Assembly (NCBI GenBank): GCA_051294375.1
Contig: CM119265.1
Span: forward strand, 23,838,669 to 23,902,668
Length of the DNA stretch: 64,000 nt
Source of the DNA: Paraspadella gotoi
Lineage: Eukaryota; Animalia; Chaetognatha
Direction of reading: 5' to 3'
Shown: piece by piece, positions 12,018-22,948 of the stretch
Numbering within the stretch: the stretch's first letter is position 1
Layout of the letters: every line of letters begins with the position of its first letter
Made by a program: the position numbers and the translations under genes
Notes under the pieces: generated by a model
What the model saw: the letters and a program-made list of their open reading frames with translations, nothing else
What the model was told of the DNA's origin: nothing
The model's database searches: none

Positions 12018-13040
12018 TTATTTAAACGTCAAAGAATGCAACTTGGAAATATCGCCGGAAAAAACTCTGCAGCATCCGCCTATCCAGATTGGACGCCAAT
12101 CGAACTTGAGCCACTCGGCCGCAAAATGCGAAAAAGGCTTTTCATCCGCGTTGCCGTAAAATCCAGAATCCAGAGACCAACTTTCTCCGCTGTTGGGGTA
12201 CATGACGAGAGCGAGATCGGGATCGAGCAACTTGCGCGATTTGGGATGGCGCAACAAGGATTCGACCAGCGGCACAACGGATCTCGGTGCCGTGCAATTG
12301 ACGCCGACTCCCGCGAGGGACTTTCCAAATTTCTCCGCCAATTCTACGACGGCGTCGGCCCAATCGTCACCGTAATGCGTTTTAGTGCCGTTTTTTGATG
12401 GATCTTTAAAGCTCCTTCCGTCCTGACAAGAGAAACTGACCCAAGCTTTGACCCCAGGATGTTCCTTCAGGCCTTCCATGACGGCCAAGGCCTCCTTCAA
12501 AGCGGGAACGGTCTCTACTGCGAGGAGATCGCACTCGGCCGCGACTAGGGCTGCGAGGCGCGGTCGGTGCCACGCCTTCAGTTCTTCCGATGACAGAAAA
12601 TCCGCGTAGGCGCCAGTGTATTCGGATCCGTCGTGAAGACAAGCGCCGTAAGGGCCTACGGAGCCGGCGACAAGGGCGGGTCTACGATCGCGGATCGGAC
12701 ACGCTTCGGAACAGTGCGCGTGAGTCTCGGCAGTCGCGCTCGCCTCCAGCGAATCGCGGGCGGCGTCGCGTGCGAGAGAGACAGAATCTCTGATCAGTTT
12801 GAGTGACTGATCGGCTTCGAGACCCAAATGCTCGCGGAAGCCGGGAAGGCTCGCCTGGTAAGAAGTGGAGATTAGAATGGTGGCGCCGTTGTCGGTGAAT
12901 TCTCGGTGAGCGGCGTAAATGGCCGAGGGATTGGAACGCAAGAGCCGCGCGCTCCACAGCGGATCGCTGTCGATGTTCTCGAATCCGTTTCTGACTAGGG
13001 TCGTGGCAAGACCGCCATCTATTATCTCGAAAAGGGTCAT
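12018..13040 (-). CDS. Homocysteine S-methyltransferase (MmuM/YbgG/HMT type), single exon, 340 aa
   Basis: IIDGGLAT, PLWSARLL, VAGSVGPYGACLHDGSEYTG, GVNC, YPNSGE and IGGCCR Zn-binding motif. Confidence 0.93.
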   Translation of the reverse strand: MTLFEIIDGGLATTLVRNGFENIDSDPLWSARLLRSNPSAIYAAHREFTDNGATILISTSYQASLPGFREHLGLEADQSLKLIRDSVSLARDAARDSLEASATAETHAHCSEACPIRDRRPALVAGSVGPYGACLHDGSEYTGAYADFLSSEELKAWHRPRLAALVAAECDLLAVETVPALKEALAVMEGLKEHPGVKAWVSFSCQDGRSFKDPSKNGTKTHYGDDWADAVVELAEKFGKSLAGVGVNCTAPRSVVPLVESLLRHPKSRKLLDPDLALVMYPNSGESWSLDSGFYGNADEKPFSHFAAEWLKFDWRPIWIGGCCRVFSGDISKLHSLTFK

Positions 13041-14009
13041 TTCGACTCCAGTTAATAAATTATTAAGGTTGAATGCGAGAATAACTTAAATGGCATATTT
13101 CAAATCGAGCTGATTTAATGAGTCGCCAGAAAATTATTACAAGAGAGGAGTTTGATGAATGCTTCGCGTCGGGTTTTAAGCCGACGAGAAAACTGGATTC
13201 TTCACTGTCGAACAGAACAGAACTGAATAGAACAAAACATGAGGCCATTGAAGTCGTCTGCTCTTCCGAAAAATGGGAAGTTGGCATGGAGACTTGTGAC
13301 GCCGAGCCATCCTCCCGGAAAACTTTATAATTCGTAACAAAACATAAGTAATGATATCATGTAGCTGCATGGCAACTTTAATTATATTCATTGACATGAT
13401 AAAAATACGTATTGTCGAAAAAAAAAAATTGGAATCTAGTCTAATGTTATTTGCAAAAAAAAAAACTACCTTCGCATGCATAATATATGTATACTCATGT
13501 GCAAAAAAATTCCAGACAATCCATAAAAATATTTTTACAAATTATATAAAAAGTTTTTTAAAAATAAATTTATATTTATAAATTTTATTATAATCGGCCA
13601 AATGGTTTAAAAGATAAGATTTTTTAAACTTAAATATTCCTAATCAAGAAAGGAAATTCGAAAATTTAAAAACTTTAAAATCATTAAACTATTATTTATC
13701 TTATTTTTAAAAATTTAAAAATTATTTTTTAAAGATTTGGGTCAGATATGTGTGATAATTATTTAGCTTATTTTTATATTCGCCGACCGTGATTTTGCGG
13801 TCGGTTATTTGTTTTTCGCTTTTTATGAGCAACATATAAAAATCTCATTATGCAAAAATAAATGACACTGGTAAGAGAATAAAATTTTTATATCACAAAG
13901 TTAATTTCAAAACCTCCCATAACCCTAACTACCCCTAATCCCTAACCCTAACCACCCTTAACCTAATTGCTTACCGTTTAAAAAATATAAAAGTATTATT
14001 TTATTTTTA

Positions 14010-14320
14010 TTTTAGTTATTTGTTTAAAGGTAAAAATAAATTGTTTATGTATAACAAGTTTTATATAAAAATATAAATTTGGGACATATTCCGGCTTCAA
14101 TGTAAGCCCTCTTAAGCGCAAAAACGAATTAATTTATAAAACAAATATTTTTACAATATTTGAAGAGAGTTTATAAAAATATTTGTTTCACAAATCATTT
14201 TTTTCGCGCTGATGAAGGCTTATATTGAAGTCCAAAATTTATGTTTCTTAATAAAACTTGTTGTACAATGTACATCAACAAACAATTCATTTTCTACCTC
14301 AAACATAAAAATATCAATTA
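14010..14320. repeat. Imperfect fold-back (inverted repeat) with degenerate hammerhead-like cores
   Basis: Arms pair, e.g. cttcaatgtaagcc (14095-14108) with ggcttatattgaag; CTGATGA at 14209-14215; the opposite arm reads ...GGCTTacattgAAGCCGGAATATGTC on the minus strand. Confidence 0.6.
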
Positions 14321-14947
14321 AAATAAATTTAAAACAATTATTATATATTAAAAAAATTGTATATTACTGTACAAACTAAGACTGAACGCTAGAGGGAAAA
14401 CAAAATTAAATGGATTGTTGCGGACGTCGAATAGTAAAGTTACCCAATTATTTTTTATTATTTATTACAAAAATATAAAATAATTTTAAAAAATTAGTTT
14501 AAAATGAATCAATTTTGATAAAATTTATGCCAAACCTTTAATGTTTTAATAAATTTTAATTTATTTTTAAAATTAAAAAAAAATAAAATTAAAGGCTGAT
14601 ATAAAGTGGCGGTTTTTTTTCAAATGACTGTATATGCATTTTCTTGATTATTCAAAAATGTCAAATATGAAATAGCTTCGAAATAATGAACATTATTATT
14701 CAGTAAACTAGCATAAATTGATATATAATTAGAAAGCTCAACGCAATTTCTGAGAGGGATTAAAAAAGGAATATGGCAATTTCCAAAACTTTTTCAATGA
14801 TGCCATTTGTTCTGGTAATAAATCATGATAATAAAACTTCATTGTCTTCTTCAAAAAGCTTTCGTAACCAACAGTCAAAACTTTTATTAGCTACCTAAAC
14901 GCTCTGTATATAATATCGTTTATAGACATAGAAAATTATTTTTAAAA

Positions 14948-16456
14948 ATGGGACAAGGACACTCTACCCCTACTGAAAACTCATCAGTCATCAATAAAAA
15001 ACCCATAAAAATTGTTTTGTTGGGAGACGTCGGGGCGGGGAAAACTTCGATACTTCGTCGGCTCACCCATCATACTTTTTTAAGCGACTACGAGGCTACG
15101 ACGACTCTTAAAGTGGAACCACTCACAAGAGAAATCAAGCTGAAATCCAACCGCTTTAAAATAGTTTCTATCCAACTCTGGGACATACCGAGTCACGAGG
15201 ATATAGATTTGAGGCCGACGTACTTAAGTTCGACGGACGGAGCCATCGTCGTCGCCGACCTGACGCAAGAGAGTTCCATCGCTCTGGCCGATTCGTACAA
15301 GAAGGAAATCGAGCGCGCAAATGAGTTCACTGACTTTCCGGCTATCTTGATTGGGAGCAAGTTGGATCTGGCGACGGAGGAAAGGGAGCGGGCCAAGGAT
15401 AGACTAGAAATCGTTGGTCCCAAAGGAAAACGGCCTACGACGACTAAGGAAACTGCAAGACTTTTAAAAGAATGGAAGAAGTTGACGATCGACGAGGAAG
15501 TTGAGACTGTCGAGGCGGTTTTTGATCCGGACTTAATCGCTGACATTCCCGACGTCGAAGATGACGGGATCTCCACAGATTCGGACGACGAGACTTTGCC
15601 CAACGTAGCCACGTTGAAAGAAGCCGGAAAATCGGGAGAGTTCCTTTCCGTCGCGTCGCTGTCGCTCAAGAGCGATATTCGACCGTTGCTCAAATCATTC
15701 GACGTTCTCGTCAAAAACATTATTGCCAGAAAAGAAAAACTAGAAAGCTCCCCCAGAACCTCTGAGAAAGTCAACGAAGTAAATATACCTAAACAATTGA
15801 CTCTGGAAATTTGCGGAATGAGCGAGACCGACTCCTACGTCAAAGACGTGCAAATATTGATAAAAAGGTTTCTCCAAAGTGTCAAAGACTTCAACGAAAC
15901 TCTGAAATCCTTTAAGAAACTTTGCGTGGAAAAGGAGTTGGTCTCTCACGCGACCGTCTCTTTCGTCGATTGCGTCCTAAATCTTTCGGAGGCCTGTAGC
16001 TTTCAACTCAAAACTCGACCGATTCCCGGAACGACGGATTTGGATGAAATACTTTGGCCCAAGATGGAGAATACATCGACCCGGTCGGATGAAGAAGAAT
16101 TGGATGAATCCGAGGAGATGTCTCGAATCGTCCTGCGATTCTTCCATGAACGCCTCTCGCCCGCTATCGCGAGGCTACAAAATATTTCTTTACAGGAAGA
16201 AAATTTAGAAAGTCTCAAACATCGCATGACGACGTCTTTGAAAAAACAAATGCAACAGGCCTCCGAGAACGGAGAGTCGTGGACACGAGAAGCCGATCCA
16301 ATTAGCGGACTAGCTAATGGAAAAAAAGAAATGGAAATGTTAAAACGAATAAATGGGAAAAACCTCAGGGCAATAAACTCTGCTTTGTGCCTCATGAGAA
16401 AGAGTCATTTCAGGTTGATGGAGCAGAATAAAAAACTAAAAGCGGCGCTGATATGA
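14948..16456 (+). CDS. Atypical Rab/Ras-family small GTPase domain protein with N-myristoylation motif and helical C-terminal extension, single exon, 502 aa
   Basis: MGQGHS start; G1 KIVLLGDVGAGKTS; G2 YEATT; G3 IQLWDIPSHE; GAIVVADLT; G4 LIGSKLDL. Confidence 0.85.
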   Translation: MGQGHSTPTENSSVINKKPIKIVLLGDVGAGKTSILRRLTHHTFLSDYEATTTLKVEPLTREIKLKSNRFKIVSIQLWDIPSHEDIDLRPTYLSSTDGAIVVADLTQESSIALADSYKKEIERANEFTDFPAILIGSKLDLATEERERAKDRLEIVGPKGKRPTTTKETARLLKEWKKLTIDEEVETVEAVFDPDLIADIPDVEDDGISTDSDDETLPNVATLKEAGKSGEFLSVASLSLKSDIRPLLKSFDVLVKNIIARKEKLESSPRTSEKVNEVNIPKQLTLEICGMSETDSYVKDVQILIKRFLQSVKDFNETLKSFKKLCVEKELVSHATVSFVDCVLNLSEACSFQLKTRPIPGTTDLDEILWPKMENTSTRSDEEELDESEEMSRIVLRFFHERLSPAIARLQNISLQEENLESLKHRMTTSLKKQMQQASENGESWTREADPISGLANGKKEMEMLKRINGKNLRAINSALCLMRKSHFRLMEQNKKLKAALI

Positions 16457-17401
16457 ATGTTGTTACTAATTTCGTTGAGGCTATTTTTATATTTGTATTA
16501 TTTTTAACAATATCAAAAATCGTCAATAGCTGAAAATAAATTTCGACTTCTCGACCCCAATTGATTTATTGTTAACTTTTATTTCTTCTCCAACTTCCTT
16601 TCATTTGTCAAAAATATTTCTATCTATCTCCTCTCATTCTTCAATAAAGAATTCCATTTATAAGGAGAGCGTTAATCTTCCCTGGAATCTTTTAATTTAC
16701 GCCCGAAGATCGAGACTTGACAGATATAATTATTACTTTTCCACAAAAAAATAAATTGGAGTCTATTTTATTTTGTTGTTAAATTATAAACATTGTATTT
16801 CCCTAAAGTTAAAAAAGTTTTGATATTTTAAAGTCAGTAATTCATTTGCGATTTTGACAGTTTTCATTAAGTCAAAGTGAACTTTGACCATTTGCGTGAG
16901 GAAGGAAATGAAGGAGAGGGGAAAAAAATTTCATTTCGCCATCATGAAATTTCAAACATGACACAATCATGATATCGCGACGTTCCTTTAACAATCGGGC
17001 GCCGAAGAGGGAGGTTCGCCGAAAATGTACCGAAACGTTTTGAACCAGATAGGGGCGGCGGTCGCGGCCGTATTGACCGGCCGGTTCCACCGCCTCGTCG
17101 GAAAAGGAGGAGGAAGAGGAAACGAGAAAAAGAGAGATAAAAAACCGCGAGGAAAAAACAACAAAATCATCCGGCTTTGGACGACGTCTCCAAACTAATT
17201 TTTTTTCCTGGATCTTTTCAAAAAAATATAAAAAAGATCTAATTTCCTCCACTTGCCTTGCCACCGGAGTCGTTTTCGGGGAATTTCGACACCCACGCCC
17301 ACCGTTCCCTACTTTATCACCCATCCAAAGGCGTCCAATAAAAACCCGGATTCTACGAGTTAATGACTTCTTGGAAGAAAGGAAAAACCCAATAAAAAGA
17401 A

Positions 17402-20400
17402 ATGTCGAGCCTCATCGATCACCGGCAGCCCTGGTTGGCGCACGGCTACCCGGGAATTCGCTCCCCGACACCGACAACCAGCACGCCCAAACAAACTTGG
17501 GCCGACGATTGCGAGAAGTGTCTCTCCGCGGAAGACTCCTTCCCGATTCGCTTTCGACTTCAGACGCAAACGTCCGAGGACATTTATCACTTGGAGCACG
17601 TGGGCGCGTTGCTGGAGCGCATGGACGCCGACGACGAGACGTTTCTTGCTCAACTGGTAGAGCGTGAAGACCGAGAAGCTGACCGAAGACGGTTTCGCGC
17701 GCGACCGCGGCCTCGCGTAGACAAGCAAGTCTCCTCGCTCATCAAGGACTACATGAAAAAGTACCGATCAGAAGAAAGCAAAGAAACGACGGTCTCCACG
17801 CCCAAAACGCCAGTATCAACAACCTTCAGTCGTTCCTCTGCAAAGACGATGGGATCAATCACCGATAAGGCGGCTCCCGTCTTCACAGACTCAAGCGGCC
17901 GCTGCTACTACAAAACGAGCGCCCGACCGACGACTAAAATGATCGTTCCTCACCCGAGTCATAGGTATCCGGATCGTCACGCGCGCTGCTTCGACCTGGA
18001 TCACGTGCACACACCACTCATCACGACCCACCCGTCGGCCGGGTGCAATTGCTTCTCGCCCTGCGCCGAGGCGGAGTACTCCACCGTTGGAACTCTCGTC
18101 GCCTCTACGCCTCCTTACAAAATGGGAAGACCGAGATCGGCTCACATGTGCGGTCTTCATCGATGTCCAACGGGACCGTGGCCTTGCGAAGAGGTGAGAA
18201 CTATTATTCAATATTAACAAGAATATCTCAAACGTATTATCGAACATGTCTCAAAAAACAGGTAAGACAAAGCGACAAAAACGTCGCATACGGACTTTTC
18301 CCGAGATCGTCGTCACCGCAATCGATCAACGAATCCGAGGGATTTCATAGCCTCAAAACGAATCTCGGATCGACGCAAGTTCCCGAGTTCACCTCGATCG
18401 TTCACCGAGTCGAAGTTCATCAAAGATCAGTCGTAGAAGGTTTACACTACGACGACGACAAATCTTTAACGAGGGGAACGGAAAACGGAGGCGAAGGAGA
18501 AACCGTTAAGGATCAGGTAACTTTGCAAAAAATATGCCTTTGTGGGCAATGCAGGCCCAAAGACCTAAGCGCTAGCTGTCGGGAGATGCCTGACCCTGGG
18601 CATCACACAAGTCCCCACGTTGCCATACCCTATAAAATGATAAGCACCAATTTTGTGGCAGCTCCTTAATTTTTTTAAAAAACTTTGGTACAGTTCATGT
18701 TTCTTTACTGAAAAAGTTCTGATAACCTAATTCATTGACTATGAAATAGGTACAACTAATATAAAAATTATCCATTCATTTAATAAATAAGCTATCTTAC
18801 CCCTGACTTTGGACAGGCTTTGGTGGTTTAATAAGGCCTCCATCACTCTTACAAGATAATGACATAGCAGATCCCTGCAAGCTTTTAATCAAGACTCACA
18901 CACAGTCTCTTTTATTCACTCCCAGAGTACCTGGCTTTCCTATCAATGACGTGGAAAATATTTCAAAGAATGTTAGAATTGTATGAAAAGACCACTCCCT
19001 TAAGTATTAGATCGGGGAATACTTATTGTACTCCGCACTAGCATCAAAATACAAGGAGCTGAATTTTATGAAATTGGCACTTTATTCTAAATCTATTCTC
19101 GTATTAACTCCATTAAAACTTTTCTGACGATGTACTAAATAACAGTACATATAATATCTGTCAACACCCAGTTAGGTCAGAACCTCTAACCTCTAACCCG
19201 AGAGAATTAATTGCGCCACCATTCCATAATCATGTTGTTTAGAATGGTTTCGACAGATGCTTAAGTCTAGAAAGAGAAACATACGAGTTTTTTAATTAAT
19301 TTTTTTTTTGGCAGGTTGGAGACGGAATGCTCATCATAGACCCGACCTCTGCCCGGGTCGAGTTCGAACTTAAAAAGTCCGAAAGGGAAAAAGGAAAGAA
19401 AAAGAAATTGGGAAAAGTAAAGGGCGGAAAAGGAAAGGAGGGCAAGGAGTCGGGCGGTGCAGGAGGAAAGAAGAAAAAGGGAGGAAAGGAGGAAGGGCTA
19501 AAAAAGAAGAAGAGCGAGGATTCCGAGGACGAGGGGAAGGCCAAGAGAGGCAAGAAGAACATCGGCAAGGAAGGCGGCAAAAAGGGCAAGGGTAAAAAGA
19601 GCGAAAGTGGTGGAGAGAGGGAGGGGAAGGTCAAGGGGCCTAGGGGCCCCGGCTGCGGCGACGACAGCGCCGTCGCTGCCGAAGACCGACGAGCCAAAGA
19701 GGACGAAGAGAGGAGGGAAAGGGAAGAGCGAGACGGGGAAGAAGATCGACGCAAACGAGGGAGAGACGGAAAGGGCGGAGAGTTGGGCGAAGGCGACGGC
19801 GAGGAAGATGCCAAGAGGCGGGGGTATTTAAACGAGGACGAAGCCTTCGAGGCCGAAATGCAAGAATTAAAAAGAAAAGCGGCGTTGGCAAAGAGAGGCA
19901 CCTCCTTCGATCTCCTCAGAGCCCAAGTGGAGACGGAGGCAGACGAGGCCGAGAGAAGGAAAGAAATGGAGGCCAAAGCCACCTGGATGACCTCGCACAT
20001 GGGGCTCTCTAATCAATCCTGCCGTTTCGAATTACCCATGGACATGCGCCTGTTGGAAAAGATGACGCCGCGAGAATACCTCAGCAAATACTGCGTCGTA
20101 AGCTCCAAAAGGATGCTATTGTACAAGAGGGTCTTCGGTAAATTCGCCGATGGAAATGAGTCCGACCTGACGGGCCCGCAACTGGCGGCCGCTTTGCGCG
20201 AAGTGCACATCCACGGCATCTCCGAGGAGCAGATGCGGGGGATTTTGCGGCTGGTGCGAGGGAAAAGGATTCCCACTGGACCAGCAGTGGAAGAAGAGTC
20301 CGGAGATCACCCGGCCGAGATTCCAGGACCCAAAGTTGACTTTGACTTCTTCGCTGGAATCGCCGCACTGACCGAACGATTGCTCTTTCCCTTGTTTCGC

Positions 20401-20574
20401 GATTCTAAGGTGCAAAGCGGGAATTACGCAGCAGATCAGGCAGAGGGCGTTCTCGATGAAACTTGCTTCGGCCGAAAGGAAAATCTCGAAACTGCAGACT
20501 TTTTTTGCATGCCGTGGAAATTCCAAGGAATCAACGTCAACTCCGACGTGAAGAGACTTCTCGAGGTTTTATAG
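17402..20574 (+). CDS. Uncharacterised protein (~768 aa), 3 exons; Lys/Gly/Glu-rich middle, degenerate EF-hand-like C-terminus
   Basis: Exons 17402-18193, 18262-18516 and 19315-20574 join in phase 0 with GT/AG ends; continuous coding-type composition. Confidence 0.75.
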
Positions 20575-22948
20575 ATATATAACTGCAATATTCATAAAAA
20601 TTGAACAGATCGTATATATATATTCTTGACATTAAAATTATATTTAATTATGTACATCCCGGCAACCAGAAGGAAAAAGGTTTTTTTTTTCGTTCTTTCA
20701 AATTTACGACTAAAATGATCTTTAGCGCGTCATGCAACTGGATTCTGACAAGATTCCTATGCTTGATGAGATTAAATTAATTTGACGAATAACAGATAGA
20801 TTTTTTAGAGGTTTCTATGTCAACGACACGCTATTTTTTTTCCCCGTTTCAATATGTATATTGAGCATGTAGCTGTGTTGTATCAACTCGCTTATCTTTC
20901 AATTTCATATATTATCTACATATATAATACTCTCAAAGTCTCAAACAATAGCTAACTCATCGAGACATGTCTCCATTAAAACGAGTCTACAGATTCTCGA
21001 TAAATACTTTCAATAAATAATATATAAATTCGAATGATGATTTTTGTTTATATCACATGATTAGATGAGACAGATTAGCAAATACGGTAGAAAATCAGCA
21101 GTCATCCAATATATCCACAAATCTGGATGTTTCTCCACTGTACTAGCAGATTTTACGTAGGGGTATGTTATAAACCAAATTGTTTTATCAATATTGATAT
21201 TTGAAACCTAAAACTAACACCAAATAAAGAAAATTAGAAAATAGGAAAATAGAAATACATAATATACAAACCATAAAAACCATAGAATAGAGCCAAAAAG
21301 TGTTAAAATTTTAATTAATTTTCACTTAAGCAATAAAAACTTAAGAAAATCCATGGAACATTTAACAAGTATAAAACTTTTAAGTTTTGGATCTTTCCAG
21401 TTTACGCCTTCACCCCAATTATCATTAAAACAAGGCAAAATTTAAAACTACAAAAGGCCAAAGTTAACTACTATAAATGTGCAACATCATTAGTTTCACA
21501 AATGTCATATATTCAAAGCTTTCGCATGAAAACAAATGCTATGTAAAGGTTGAACTAATTTGGACAACGCTTTGATGTTCAGTCTGAACTTCTGATAGGT
21601 GATCTATTCAATCTTTTGTCCAGTATTCAAAATAAATGTCAAACCATTAGTAAGTAGCCGGGGTATAAGCACATTTACTTGTTTACTGCGGCTATAGCTT
21701 ATTTAAAGTATTGACTTGTCAAAAAAAAAACAGTCGCTAAAAAATTTTTGAATTTCCTTTAATGTAAATTTCTAACATTTTATTTACTATAATAATATTC
21801 TTATTTAGATTTAATTATACAATCTTGTAAAACAAATAAGTCACCAAAATTTTCTTTACTTTTGGTAACTTTTTTATTTTAAAATTTAAAAAAAAAGTTT
21901 TTTCTGATTCAAATAAACTTATTTTGATTAGAAATAAAAGAATGAATAATAAAAAAAATATTATATATAAATATTCTGCTTTAGAATAAAATTTATTAAT
22001 ATTAAAATTATTTTTTATATGAATAAATAATTATTAATAAAATATAGCTTAATATTAAAAAAAAATAATGCATATATAAAATTAAAAACCCCCAGAGGTT
22101 ATATTAAATATAAATTTAATATTAGATTCAAAAAATATAATATATAATAAATAATTATTTATAAAAAATTATAATAATTAAAAAAATCAGATTTTTTTAA
22201 ATATCTTTTTATTTATTTGAATATCACACCTGTATTTTTAATCGCATTTTTTAAATAATAGTTCATTCGAATCCCAAAAAACTAAATTTTTTACATATAT
22301 TTTTCCTTTTCATAATTTTAATATTAACGTAAACAAAAGTTGGATAAATGCTTTTGGCGACATTCATTTTCCAAGATGGTATTTACTCAATACTGAATGC
22401 TAACAAAAAGATAGGTTGGTAAAAAGATTCATTCTCGCTGATTGATATATTTTGTTTCGCGAATCACAATACACTTAAGAAACAGACTTACCTGAATTGA
22501 CAGATCAGTACTGTATTTGGTGAGCGGCAACTGATTTGATGTTTTTATACACTATAAAATTCAACCAAACAATTTAATTTGGAATTGAGTCAAATCTAGA
22601 AAAGTAATTTGTCAAGTAATAATTAGAAAAAAAATTTCACTTCCGTCTCTTGATTCTTTTTTAATTTTTTTCAAATTTTATTATTAATTAACCCTGCGAA
22701 TTTATTACACTTCCATTCAAAAACTGAGTAAAGAAAAGTATAGGACGAAACGTTCGAGTGCGCATCATTTATAACAAATACAACATTAACGACGGGCAAA
22801 AATTGAAGAAATCACATTTTTTTTCAAAAATCCAGTTCTGATTATCAAAAAGTAAAGTAGAAACATCACAAGACTAGTATTATTTATGTTTATTGTTTAA
22901 ACGAATGTGATCTTAACTTGTACGGGAGACGGGGATGGAAGGTATTCG

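Noticed and set aside
13118-13330. 70-aa plus-strand ORF divergent from HMT
   Set aside because: Slightly GC-richer than its flanks, but there is no recognisable motif or splice partner; cannot be supported as a gene.
13918-13967. True telomere or chromosome-fusion scar
   Set aside because: Short, degenerate CCCTAA units that resemble the interior of the MITE at 26360-26542.
19296-20000. Long antisense ORFs (also 15193-15774, 28256-28975, 60489-61172 and others)
   Set aside because: Shadow frames of GC-rich or low-complexity coding exons and microsatellites.
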